From: Aliivibrio fischeri ES114
GTDB taxonomy: Bacteria > Pseudomonadota > Gammaproteobacteria > Enterobacterales > Vibrionaceae
Length of the DNA stretch: 32,000 bases
Reading direction: 5' to 3' (one strand)
NCBI RefSeq assembly: GCF_000011805.1
Contig: NC_006840.2
Shown: positions 1 through 8,338 of the stretch, one piece after another
Layout of the letters: the number at the start of each line of letters is the position of its first letter
Numbering within the stretch: the first letter of the stretch is position 1
Notes under the pieces: model-generated
What the model was told of the DNA's origin: nothing
Databases searched by the model: none
The model's input: only the letters and a program-made list of their open reading frames with translations
Translations under genes and position numbers: made by a program

Positions 1-400
1 GCTGAGCTTCGTCGATAGCAACAATGGTCTGGTAGCCTTTTTCGTTTTCACTTTTTAAGTAGTGAACAATGTTATCGGTTAGCTGCTTTAATGAAGCAAG
101 AGAAGAATACGCAATTTCAAATTCATCGCAAATCGCTTCTAATAGTTCTTGAGCACTAAACATAGGGTTTAAAATTAAAGCTAAATTCACCTTTTCATCT
201 AACTGAGAAAATAACGCTCTTGAAACCGTTGTTTTACCTGTCCCTACTTCCCCAGTTAATAATGCAAAACCACCACCTTGCCCTAAACCAGATAATAGGT
301 AATTCAATGCTTCTTTATGACGCTCACTTAGATAAAGAAATCGTGCATTCGGGGTCATTGAAAATGGCAACTCATCAAAGCCAAAAAAATCTTGGTACAT
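1..400 (-). CDS. ExeA/GspA-like AAA+ ATPase (type II secretion / MSHA accessory family), N-terminal 133 codons only; C-terminus lies beyond the window edge
   Basis: Manual reverse-strand translation from ATG at 400-398 gives MYQDFFGFDELPFSMTPNARFLYLSERHKEALNYLLSGLGQGGGFALLTGEVGTGKTTVSRALFSQL...IVAIDEAQ. It is open to position 1. Walker A (GEVGTGKT) and Walker B (IDEAQ) are present, and the N-terminal FxxxPF...FLYxSxxHxEAL pattern is typical of the ExeA family. It is absent from the ORF track because no stop codon falls in the window. Confidence 0.7.
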   Translation of the reverse strand, partial: MYQDFFGFDELPFSMTPNARFLYLSERHKEALNYLLSGLGQGGGFALLTGEVGTGKTTVSRALFSQLDEKVNLALILNPMFSAQELLEAICDEFEIAYSSLASLKQLTDNIVHYLKSENEKGYQTIVAIDEAQ

Positions 401-536
401 AAGGTTAAATCTATCCTAATCAGCTCAACAAAAAAAGCATGGGAATAAAAAGTCGAAAAACTCTATTTGCACGGTATCATTGGATGTAAGAAAGTAAAGA
501 AAGTTCTCTTTATCTTGGCAGCGATTAGGACAAAAC

Positions 537-1760
537 GTGAAAATTTATTTAGTTGGCGGTGCAGTTCGAGATTCACTTCTCAATATTGATGTAAAAGACA
601 AAGACTGGGTTGTTGTTGGTTCGACTCCACAGAAAATGGATTCTCTCGGTTATCAAACCGTTGGACAAGATTTCCCTGTGTTTCTGAACCCGAAAACTAA
701 AGAAGAATACGCACTCGCCCGAACGGAACGAAAAAGCGGTCAAGGTTATAAAGGATTTACTTGCTATGCAGAGCCAGATGTCACATTAGAAGAAGATTTA
801 TTACGCCGAGACCTAACAATTAATGCCATCGCTCAAGCTGATAATGGTGAGCTCATCGACCCTTATAATGGCCAACAAGACATTATAGACCGCACACTTC
901 GCCATGTATCTGATGCATTTACTGAAGATCCCTTGCGAGTTCTGCGTGTCGCTCGTTTTGCTGCTCGTTTTCATCATTTAGGCTTTACGGTTGCCCCTGA
1001 AACCATGCATCTAATGAAAGTATTAGTGGATAGTGGTGAACTCTCTCATTTAACAGCTGAGCGAGTGTGGCAAGAGTGGCAAAAATCATTATCTAGCCAG
1101 CACCCTGAAATCTTTCTTTCTACGCTAAAAGAGTGTGGTGCTCTTGCTATTGTGCTACCTGAACTCAATGCTTTATTTGGTATACCACAACCAGAAAAGT
1201 GGCACCCTGAAATTGATACGGGAATTCACACCCTAATGGTCGCTCAGCAAGCAGCTCTATTAAGCCAAGACTTACCGACTCGCTTTGCAGCGCAAGTGCA
1301 TGACCTTGGGAAAGGTGTCACGCCAGAATCAGAATGGCCAAGCCATAAACTGCATTGCCATACAGGGATAAAACTGATTAAAAGATTGTGTGATCGTGTT
1401 CGTGTACCAAATGACTATCGAGATCTTGCTCTATTAGTATGTGAGCATCACTCTAATATCCACAGAGCAGCAGAATTACGAGCACAAACCTTCATTAAAA
1501 TATTCGATAAAATGGATGTGTGGCGTAAACCAGAGCGCTTAGCTCCTATACTACTTTGCTGCCAAGCTGATCATGCAGGAAGATTGGGGTTAGAAACTCA
1601 ACCTTACCCACAAAAAAAACGTTTTGAAGCGGCATTTGATGCTGCAAAAAATGTGGAAGTGAAAGATGTGGTTGCAGCAGGATTTAAAGGACCTGAGATC
1701 AGAGAAGAGTTAAGCAAAAGACGAATTGAAGCGGTGAAAGATAAGTTGAATATCAAATAA
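537..1760 (+). CDS. cca: Multifunctional CCA-adding tRNA nucleotidyltransferase with HD phosphohydrolase domain
   Basis: 407 aa with GTG start. The N-terminus [28 protein letters not shown] nearly matches E. coli Cca. An HD-domain region (HDLGKG) is present. Synteny cca-uppP-folB-plsY is as in E. coli. Confidence 0.95.
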   Translation: MKIYLVGGAVRDSLLNIDVKDKDWVVVGSTPQKMDSLGYQTVGQDFPVFLNPKTKEEYALARTERKSGQGYKGFTCYAEPDVTLEEDLLRRDLTINAIAQADNGELIDPYNGQQDIIDRTLRHVSDAFTEDPLRVLRVARFAARFHHLGFTVAPETMHLMKVLVDSGELSHLTAERVWQEWQKSLSSQHPEIFLSTLKECGALAIVLPELNALFGIPQPEKWHPEIDTGIHTLMVAQQAALLSQDLPTRFAAQVHDLGKGVTPESEWPSHKLHCHTGIKLIKRLCDRVRVPNDYRDLALLVCEHHSNIHRAAELRAQTFIKIFDKMDVWRKPERLAPILLCCQADHAGRLGLETQPYPQKKRFEAAFDAAKNVEVKDVVAAGFKGPEIREELSKRRIEAVKDKLNIK

Positions 1761-1811
1761 GCTATACGCACGCTAACTAGAACGCTTCGCTCTAGAAACT
1801 ATAAAAGCCAA

Positions 1812-1904
1812 GGTTTCAGGTTTCAGGTTTCAGGTTTCAGGTTTCAGGTTTCAGGTTTCAGGTTTCAGGTTTCAGGTTTCAGGTTTCAGGTTTCAGGTTT
1901 CAGG
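1812..1904. repeat. Perfect heptanucleotide tandem array (GGTTTCA) x13 plus GG
   Basis: Counted directly: 13 uninterrupted identical 7-bp units from 1812 to 1902, followed by GG. Intergenic, 52 nt after the cca stop codon. Confidence 0.98.
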
Positions 1905-1990
1905 AAAATCAAAACCGAATACACCCAAAACCTGCAAGCATAATATCCTAAAGCCTAGAACATTGTCACTCTAGCAATACTTGCTCTATC

Positions 1991-2027
1991 GTCTCTAGTC
2001 TCTAGTCTCTAGTCTCTAGTCTCTAGT
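1991..2027. repeat. Perfect heptanucleotide tandem array (GTCTCTA) x5 plus GT; overlaps the uppP stop codon
   Basis: Counted directly: 5 identical units at 1991-2025. A degenerate copy (GCTCTAT) lies just upstream. On the minus strand each unit carries TAG, and the last unit supplies the uppP stop codon (2023-2025). Confidence 0.95.
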
Positions 2028-2826
2028 GCAAAGCTAACCATACCAATAGGCTTGAACCTAATAAGATACGGTAGATAACAAACGGCATCATCCCCATACT
2101 TGAAATCAGCTTCAAAAAGAAATGAATACAGATATAGGCACTAATAAAAGAGACAATCACACCAGTACTTAATAAGCCTAAGTGAATTGAAATATCACTC
2201 ATCGCTAATTTAAGACCAAGATAAGATCCAGCAAGTGTAATAATTGGAATGGACATTAGGAAAGAAAAACGTGCCGCTGCCTCACGAGTAAATCCAAGAT
2301 ACAGCGCTGCGGTAATTGTGATTCCTGAACGAGAAGTACCTGGGATCATCGCCATTGCCTGAGCGATACCTAAAAATAACGCTTTTTTCCACGTCATTTG
2401 GTACTCATCTTTTGCTAACGTTGCATTTTTATCTACCCACCAAAGCAATAAACCAAAAACAATCGTTGTTGCAGCAATAACCCATGCACTACGTAAATAT
2501 ATTTCAATAAAATCTTTAAATAGTAAGCCAAATAAAGCCGCTGGAATCGTAGCTAACACGATTAACCAAGCCAAATTTGATTCCTTGTTATGCTCTTTTT
2601 TTACAATAGAACCGACCCAAGCTGTTAATAATGTCACCACTTCTTTTCTAAAGTAGATAACCACCGCGGCTAATGTTCCAACGTGAACGGCGACATCAAA
2701 AGCTAAACCTTGATCTGACCAGCCTAAAATTGCAGAGGGTAAAATTAAATGAGCTGAACTTGAGATAGGTAAAAACTCTGTGAATCCTTGCAGAAGAGCA
2801 AGAAAGAAAGCTTCAAAGTACGTCAT
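2023..2826 (-). CDS. uppP: Undecaprenyl-diphosphatase (BacA/UppP)
   Basis: 267 aa polytopic membrane protein. N-terminus [29 protein letters not shown] and the PGTSRSG motif are characteristic of UppP. Confidence 0.95.
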   Translation of the reverse strand: MTYFEAFFLALLQGFTEFLPISSSAHLILPSAILGWSDQGLAFDVAVHVGTLAAVVIYFRKEVVTLLTAWVGSIVKKEHNKESNLAWLIVLATIPAALFGLLFKDFIEIYLRSAWVIAATTIVFGLLLWWVDKNATLAKDEYQMTWKKALFLGIAQAMAMIPGTSRSGITITAALYLGFTREAAARFSFLMSIPIITLAGSYLGLKLAMSDISIHLGLLSTGVIVSFISAYICIHFFLKLISSMGMMPFVIYRILLGSSLLVWLALH

Positions 2827-2835
2827 GATATTCCA

Positions 2836-3324
2836 TTAAGACCTTAAGTTAATTAACGCGGGTTTGAGTGATTGATTGTGAGTGAAATGATTCCATATCT
2901 CACTAATGGTTGTTTTTGTACCAGGTACAATTAAATCGGGATTAAGCTCAACAAGAGGCAAAATAGCAAATGCAAACTTAAATAGATCCTCTCTCGGTAA
3001 TTTAGGATCATTATTTGAGATCACATCACCATACAACAAGATATCCAGATCTAACGTACGATCTTGATTCTTTTGTGCATCAGGTAATCTTCCCCATTTT
3101 AGTTCAATCGCACGTAATCGAGCTGCAAGTTCACTTAATGAACACGTAACTTCTAATTCAGCGACTAAATTAAAAAAATTATTACTTAAAAAGCCTACAG
3201 GCTCAGCCTCATATACAGTTGATATTTGAGTAATGCTTCCTAACAGCTTTAACTCATCTATCGCAGCCTTTACATGCTTTTCTGGTTCAATATTGGAGCC
3301 AATGCCAATATAAGTTGTGATCAT
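2836..3324 (-). CDS. folK: 2-amino-4-hydroxy-6-hydroxymethyldihydropteridine pyrophosphokinase (HPPK)
   Basis: 162 aa with HPPK-like motifs (YIGIGSN near the N-terminus, RTLDLDILLYG). The start codon overlaps the folB stop (ATGA at 3321-3324), which suggests translational coupling. Confidence 0.9.
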   Translation of the reverse strand: MITTYIGIGSNIEPEKHVKAAIDELKLLGSITQISTVYEAEPVGFLSNNFFNLVAELEVTCSLSELAARLRAIELKWGRLPDAQKNQDRTLDLDILLYGDVISNNDPKLPREDLFKFAFAILPLVELNPDLIVPGTKTTISEIWNHFTHNQSLKPALINLRS

Positions 3325-3674
3325 TTACTTCCTCGCTCAATCACAACACCGACGCTATGCGCATTTACAACTGCACCAGGTTTAGATAAATGAATTCGAA
3401 CCCAAGGAACAGAAAAACGAGTCATGATTAGCTCGGCAATTTCTTCAGCTACACGTTCAACTAATAAAAATCGACCATTTTGAATATACTCTGTTACTGC
3501 TTCGCTCACTTCTGCATAATTTAAACAATGCTCAACATCGTCGGATTTTGCTGCTGGTTTGTTATCGTGAGCCATATCAATATCTAATACGAGCTTTTGT
3601 TTAATTCCCTGTTCCCATTCATAAACACCAATGGTGGTAATTACTTCAAGCTGTTTTATAAATACTAAATCCAT
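3321..3674 (-). CDS. folB: Dihydroneopterin aldolase
   Basis: 117 aa. The N-terminus MDLVFIKQLEVITTIGVYEWEQGIKQKLVLDIDM matches the FolB family pattern. It is divergent from plsY, as in E. coli. Confidence 0.9.
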   Translation of the reverse strand: MDLVFIKQLEVITTIGVYEWEQGIKQKLVLDIDMAHDNKPAAKSDDVEHCLNYAEVSEAVTEYIQNGRFLLVERVAEEIAELIMTRFSVPWVRIHLSKPGAVVNAHSVGVVIERGSK

Positions 3675-3819
3675 CTTTGATCACACTTTTTATTAAGAGG
3701 TCGGATACCCATCAAAAGAAAAACAACGTAATATTGATATTACTTTGCTCAATGTGTCGAGCAATATACTATAAAAATGATTTCTGATCGCTCTCGATCG
3801 TTTAAATTAAGGCTCATTC

Positions 3820-4416
3820 ATGACCCCTCTTGCACTAATTATGATCATCATCGCCTATCTGCTAGGATCGATCTCTAGTGCGGTTTTAATTTGCCGATTA
3901 AAAGGGTTACCTGACCCTCGAACTTCTGGCTCTCATAATCCAGGTGCCACTAATGTATTTAGAATTGGTGGAAGAAGTGCTGCAGGGCTAGTCCTCTTAT
4001 GCGATATCCTAAAAGGAATGTTACCTGTATGGGGTGGTTATTTTCTTGAAATAAATCCTTTTATGCTTGGTATCATTGCGATCTCTGCTTGCTTAGGTCA
4101 CATGTACCCGCTCTTTTTCCATTTTAAAGGTGGTAAAGGTGTTGCGACCGCTCTTGGAGCATTAGCCCCGATAGGATTAGATTTAACAGGTATGTTATTT
4201 GGTTGCTGGGTCGTCACTGTACTTGTAACTGGATACTCTTCATTAGCTTCAATGATCACCGCTTTACTTGCCCCTCTATTTACTTGGCTTGTAAAACCTC
4301 AATATACCTTACCTGTTGCTATGCTCTCTTGCTTAATCGTTTTAAAGCATCATGAAAATATAAAACGTTTCTTTGAAGGCAAAGAGACAAAAATATGGCA
4401 AAGAAAAAGGGACTAA
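3820..4416 (+). CDS. plsY: Glycerol-3-phosphate acyltransferase PlsY (acyl-phosphate dependent)
   Basis: 198 aa membrane protein. [36 protein letters not shown] and FKGGKGVAT closely parallel E. coli PlsY/YgiH. Confidence 0.93.
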   Translation: MTPLALIMIIIAYLLGSISSAVLICRLKGLPDPRTSGSHNPGATNVFRIGGRSAAGLVLLCDILKGMLPVWGGYFLEINPFMLGIIAISACLGHMYPLFFHFKGGKGVATALGALAPIGLDLTGMLFGCWVVTVLVTGYSSLASMITALLAPLFTWLVKPQYTLPVAMLSCLIVLKHHENIKRFFEGKETKIWQRKRD

Positions 4417-4446
4417 ATAGCCCCTTTATATAGATAACGATCTTTT

Positions 4447-4469
4447 ATGATCCAAACGGATCACTTTTT
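4447..4469 (+). terminator. Weak hairpin plus T-run after plsY (overlaps the tsaD stop codon)
   Basis: TGATCC-AAAC-GGATCA (6-bp stem) followed by CTTTTT. The stem is short and the position is convergent with the tsaD 3' end. Confidence 0.35.
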
Positions 4470-5484
4470 ATTTAATTGGCGCTAACTGATCTATTGGCCA
4501 ACGAGGTTTAGCTTGAACCGCTAAATCTGTCGTTTCGCCGTTTTTCAAACGTTGAATTCCAGCGTAAGCGATCATGGCACCATTATCGGTACAAAATTCA
4601 GTTCGAGGGTAATACACCTCACCACCAATTTTCTTCATCATCACTTCTAGTTCTTGGCGTAAATATTTATTCGCACTTACGCCACCAGCCATCACTAAAC
4701 GTTTCATGCCTGTTTGCTTTAAAGCTCGGCGACATTTAATCGCTAATGTATCAACTACCGCTTCCTGAAAAGCAAAAGCAATATCAGCTCGTGTTTGTAG
4801 ATCATCTTCATTGCCACGAATCGTATTTGCAGCAAATGTTTTCAAACCAGAAAAACTAAAATCCAAGCCAGGGCGATCGGTCATAGGGCGTGGGAATTTA
4901 AAACGCCCTTTTGTACCACTCTCTGCTAATTTAGAAAGTAATGGACCACCAGGGTAATCTAATCCCATCAGTTTTGCTGTTTTATCAAATGCTTCACCAG
5001 CCGCATCATCCACAGATTCACCAAGGATCTGATATTCACCAATGCCTTTTACTTCAACCATCATGGTGTGACCACCAGAAACAAGTAAAGCAACAAATGG
5101 AAATGCTGGTGGCTCATCCTCAAGCATTGGAGCAAGCAAATGCCCTTCCATATGATGGACAGGAATTGCAGGAACATCCCATGCATAAGCAATGCTTCGG
5201 CCAATAGTTGAACCAACAAGTAAGGCGCCCACTAGACCAGGGCCAGCAGTATACGCAATCCCATCGATATCATCTTTGGTTAAACCAGCATCATTTAGTG
5301 CTGCTTTAATCAACGGAATGGTCTTTTTAACATGATCACGAGAAGCCAATTCAGGCACTACACCGCCGTAATCAGCATGCAGTTTTACTTGGCTATACAG
5401 CTGATGAGCTAATAACCCTTTTTCATCATCATAAATCGCAACACCCGTTTCATCACACGAGGTTTCAATGCCTAAAATTCGCAT
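4468..5484 (-). CDS. tsaD: tRNA N6-adenosine threonylcarbamoyltransferase TsaD (Gcp/YgjD)
   Basis: 338 aa. [20 protein letters not shown] and HMEGH metal-binding motifs are present. It is divergent from rpsU, as in E. coli. Confidence 0.95.
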   Translation of the reverse strand: MRILGIETSCDETGVAIYDDEKGLLAHQLYSQVKLHADYGGVVPELASRDHVKKTIPLIKAALNDAGLTKDDIDGIAYTAGPGLVGALLVGSTIGRSIAYAWDVPAIPVHHMEGHLLAPMLEDEPPAFPFVALLVSGGHTMMVEVKGIGEYQILGESVDDAAGEAFDKTAKLMGLDYPGGPLLSKLAESGTKGRFKFPRPMTDRPGLDFSFSGLKTFAANTIRGNEDDLQTRADIAFAFQEAVVDTLAIKCRRALKQTGMKRLVMAGGVSANKYLRQELEVMMKKIGGEVYYPRTEFCTDNGAMIAYAGIQRLKNGETTDLAVQAKPRWPIDQLAPIK

Positions 5485-5608
5485 ATTTTTCTCAGCTACC
5501 TGTTAATTTATCGCCATATTACCTACATCCCTGAGCTACCTCAAGCAAGGAGATGCCTTAAGAAGGCAAAATAAACAAAGAAATTACTCAATTCTTAATC
5601 AAGAATGC

Positions 5609-5637
5609 TTTACAAAGAGACTAGATCGGATTAAAAT
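5609..5637 (+). promoter_or_regulatory. Candidate sigma70 promoter of the rpsU operon
   Basis: TTTACA (5609-5614), 17-nt spacer, TAAAAT (5632-5637), about 75 nt upstream of the rpsU ATG. Motif match only. Confidence 0.5.
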
Positions 5638-5711
5638 TCGGCACCAATTTGAATAATAGCTGGTTAATTATAACTACCAGCGAATTGACTAACACCTGAG
5701 GTGAAAGGCAT

Positions 5712-5927
5712 ATGCCAGTAGTTAAAGTACGTGAAAACGAACCGTTCGACGTTGCACTACGTCGTTTCAAGCGCTCTTGCGAAAAAGCAGGTATTCTTTC
5801 TGAAGTTCGCCGTCGTGAACATTACGAAAAACCTACTACAGTACGTAAACGCGCTAAAGCAGCAGCTCAAAAGCGTCACGCTAAGAAGCTGTCTCGCGAA
5901 AACGCACGTCGCGTTCGCCTGTACTAA
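5712..5927 (+). CDS. rpsU: 30S ribosomal protein S21
   Basis: 71 aa. [42 protein letters not shown] is essentially the enterobacterial/vibrio S21 sequence. Confidence 0.97.
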   Translation: MPVVKVRENEPFDVALRRFKRSCEKAGILSEVRRREHYEKPTTVRKRAKAAAQKRHAKKLSRENARRVRLY

Positions 5928-5956
5928 TAACTTACCTAACTATTTAGGACTAAGTT

Positions 5957-6400
5957 ATGGCTCTAATTGAACAACTCAAAGAAGAGCAAAAGTTAGCGAT
6001 GAAAGCCAAGGATAAATTACGCCTTGGCACTATTCGTTTAGCTTTATCTGAAATTAAACAGCGTGAAGTTGATGGTCAAACAACTTTGTCTGACGATGAA
6101 ATCATTGCTGTATTAACTAAGATGGTTAAACAACGTCGCGATTCAGTTTCGCAGTTTACTGCTGCTGGTCGTGATGATCTTGCTGAAAAAGAAAGTGCTG
6201 AAATTACAGTACTGGAAGATTTCATGCCACAAGCACTAACCGATGAAGAAGTTGCCGAGTTATTAGACAAAGCAATTACTGAATCAGGTGCCGCTGGTAT
6301 GCAGGATATGGGCAAGGTGATGGGCGTGTTAAAACCTCAAATCCAAGGCCGCGCTGACATGGGTAAAGTAAGCCAATTAGTTAAATCTAAACTGGCTTAA
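5957..6400 (+). CDS. GatB/YqeY domain-containing protein
   Basis: 147 aa. The pattern MALIEQLKEEQKLAMKAKDKLRLGTIRLALSEIKQREVD...MGKVMGVLKPQIQGRADMGKVSQLVKSKL is typical of YqeY-family proteins. It sits between rpsU and dnaG. Confidence 0.85.
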   Translation: MALIEQLKEEQKLAMKAKDKLRLGTIRLALSEIKQREVDGQTTLSDDEIIAVLTKMVKQRRDSVSQFTAAGRDDLAEKESAEITVLEDFMPQALTDEEVAELLDKAITESGAAGMQDMGKVMGVLKPQIQGRADMGKVSQLVKSKLA

Positions 6401-6416
6401 TAATACTCTATTTATA

Positions 6417-6456
6417 AAACAAGCCGTGCTATCTTTGATTGCACGGCTTGTTTGTA
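6417..6456 (+). terminator. Intra-operon hairpin (terminator/attenuator) between the YqeY-like gene and dnaG
   Basis: AAACAAGCCGTGC (6417-6429), an 11-nt loop, then GCACGGCTTGTTT (6441-6453). This is a perfect 13-bp stem followed by a short T-rich tract. It is analogous in position to terminator T1 upstream of dnaG in the E. coli rpsU-dnaG-rpoD operon. Confidence 0.7.
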
Positions 6457-6475
6457 TCTACAGGAAAAAGAAAAA

Positions 6476-8239
6476 ATGGCTGGACATATCCCTCGCAGTT
6501 TTATTGATGAGCTTTTAAATCGACACGATATTGTCGATATTATTGACGCAAGAGTAAAACTGAAAAAACAAGGGAAAAACTATGGTGCCTGCTGTCCATT
6601 TCATAATGAAAAATCCCCTTCTTTCTCTGTAAGCCAAGAAAAACAATTTTATCACTGCTTCGGGTGTGGTGTTCATGGTAACGCCATTGACTTCCTTATG
6701 GAGTTTGACCGATTAGAATTTGTTGAAGCTATCGAAGAACTTGCATCTATGCTTGGTCTTGATGTGCCTCGCGAACAACGCAGTGGTTTTAATGCCCCAT
6801 CATCAGGTCCAACTGCAAATTCAGAACAAAAACGCAGTTTATATGACTTAATGGGCGGCATTAGTCAGTTTTATCGCTCCCAATTAAAATCCGCAGCAAA
6901 CATTCACGCAATCAACTATCTTAAAGATAGAGGTCTCTCTGGTGAGATTGTCCAAAAATTTGGTATTGGTTATATTGCTGATGAATGGGAGTTAGTTAAA
7001 AATAACTTTGGCCGCGATAAAGCATCACAAGATGCTCTTGTTAGCGGCGGGATGTTAATTGAAAGCGATAATGGGCGCCGTTACGATCGTTTCCGTGGCC
7101 GAGTCATGTTCCCGATCAGAGATCGCCGTGGTCGCGTTATTGGCTTCGGTGGACGCGTAATTGGTGAAGGTACTCCCAAATATTTAAATTCACCTGAAAC
7201 GCCTATTTTCCATAAAGGCAAAGAGCTTTATGGTTTATATGAAGCATTACAAGCCTACAAAGACTTACCACAAGCCTTAGTTGTTGAAGGTTATATGGAT
7301 GTAGTTGCCTTGGCTCAATATGGTGTCGACTATGCCGTTGCCTCTCTAGGAACAGCAACAACAGGCGATCATATGCAGCTTCTTTTCCGCCCAACCAGTA
7401 CTGTTGTTTGTTGTTATGACGGTGACCGAGCTGGACGCGAAGCGGCATGGCGAGCGATGGAGCAAGCGCTTCCCTATTTAAATGATGGGCGCCAACTTAA
7501 ATTTATGTTCTTACCTGATGGTGAAGATCCAGATACTTACATCCGTCAATATGGAAAAGAAGCATTCGAACAAGAAGTCGCTAACGCTGAATCACTAATC
7601 AACTTCATGTTTAGAACATTGGTTGACCAAATCGATACCAGTACACGTGAAGGGAAAGCAAAATTAACAACGCTTGCAGTGCCACTAATAGATAAAGTAC
7701 CGGGTGGCACATTACGCCTTTATTTACGTGAGCAACTTGGCAAAACGCTTGGAATTCTCGATGAAAGTCAATTACAGCAACTAATATCTAAACAAGGTGC
7801 TGTAGAGCCCAAACGTATCGCACAACCAGAAATAAAACGCACGGCTATGCGAGAAGTAATAACTTTATTATTACAAAACCCTGAACTTGCTCAATTAGTA
7901 CCAGATTTAGAAAGTGTTAAAGAAATTCCACTTCCTGGATTAAGTTTATTTCTTCAGCTACTTGAAAGTTGTCGACATAATCCCCATATCACCACAGGCC
8001 TGTTATTAGAACATTGGCGCGGTGATAAAAATGAAAAACTATTATCACGCTTGGCAGCATGGGAACTTCCTATAGACCAAGACAATATACAAGATGTATT
8101 TATGGATTCACTGGACAGTGTTTTAGCCCAGTGCATCAATCAACAAATTGAAAGTTTGCAGACGAAAGAAAGAACACTTGGCTTATCAGTCGAAGAAAAA
8201 AGGGAGCTGCTAGCCTTAATGCTAGAATTAAAAGCGTAG
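6476..8239 (+). CDS. dnaG: DNA primase
   Basis: MAGHIPRSFIDELLNRHDIVDIIDARVKLKKQGKNYGACCPFHNEKSPSFSVS shows the zinc-ribbon CPFHxEKxPSF motif, and a TOPRIM region (EGYMDV...DGDRAG) is present. I place the start at ATG 6476. The track's 6452 start is a TTG extension across the upstream hairpin. The SD is weak (AAAAAGAAAAA). Confidence 0.95.
   Translation: MAGHIPRSFIDELLNRHDIVDIIDARVKLKKQGKNYGACCPFHNEKSPSFSVSQEKQFYHCFGCGVHGNAIDFLMEFDRLEFVEAIEELASMLGLDVPREQRSGFNAPSSGPTANSEQKRSLYDLMGGISQFYRSQLKSAANIHAINYLKDRGLSGEIVQKFGIGYIADEWELVKNNFGRDKASQDALVSGGMLIESDNGRRYDRFRGRVMFPIRDRRGRVIGFGGRVIGEGTPKYLNSPETPIFHKGKELYGLYEALQAYKDLPQALVVEGYMDVVALAQYGVDYAVASLGTATTGDHMQLLFRPTSTVVCCYDGDRAGREAAWRAMEQALPYLNDGRQLKFMFLPDGEDPDTYIRQYGKEAFEQEVANAESLINFMFRTLVDQIDTSTREGKAKLTTLAVPLIDKVPGGTLRLYLREQLGKTLGILDESQLQQLISKQGAVEPKRIAQPEIKRTAMREVITLLLQNPELAQLVPDLESVKEIPLPGLSLFLQLLESCRHNPHITTGLLLEHWRGDKNEKLLSRLAAWELPIDQDNIQDVFMDSLDSVLAQCINQQIESLQTKERTLGLSVEEKRELLALMLELKA
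7961..7989 (+). promoter_or_regulatory. Candidate sigma32 (heat-shock) promoter for rpoD, embedded in dnaG coding sequence
   Basis: CTTGAAA (7961-7967), 14 nt, CCCCATAT (7982-7989). Both core elements match the E. coli sigma32 consensus exactly. E. coli is known to carry a heat-shock promoter (Phs) for rpoD inside dnaG. Confidence 0.6.
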
Positions 8240-8338
8240 AACCCAAATTGTCGTCATCAATGAAAAAATTTGTTATTATTAGTGGTTTGCATATCGCATA
8301 CTAATTCCGTCACACAGACCAGAAGTAGGATACCGTCT

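Noticed and set aside
220-402. 60-aa + strand ORF from the track
   Set aside because: It lies entirely antisense to a much better supported ExeA-like AAA ATPase reading frame (Walker A/B motifs). It has no SD and a low-complexity sequence.
1812-2027. Could the tandem repeats be a CRISPR array or a coding repeat?
   Set aside because: The units are 7 bp, contiguous and have no spacers, so this is not a CRISPR array. No ORF spans the first array, and the second contributes only the uppP stop codon.
4941-5207. 88-aa + strand ORF inside tsaD
   Set aside because: It is antisense to the well-conserved tsaD frame. Its Q/H/P-rich composition is typical of out-of-frame translation.
5731-5970. 79-aa + strand ORF overlapping rpsU in another frame
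   Set aside because: rpsU (S21) is unambiguous. The alternative frame has no recognisable features and runs across the rpsU stop into the next gene's start.
6076-8139. Four minus-strand ORFs (6076-6315, 6673-6861, 7203-7448, 7954-8139)
   Set aside because: All are antisense to the YqeY-like gene or dnaG. They are short, lack SD sequences, and have Ser/Arg-rich composition typical of spurious antisense frames.
8270-8338. N-terminal extension of rpoD; similar non-ATG extensions for dnaG at 6452, the OMP at 10762 and the GntR regulator at 15459
   Set aside because: These extensions start at TTG-type codons without an SD. They add non-conserved residues ahead of canonical N-termini ([10 protein letters not shown] for RpoD, MAGHIPRSF for DnaG, and a signal peptide starting MKRIF for the OMP). 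The downstream ATGs are preferred.
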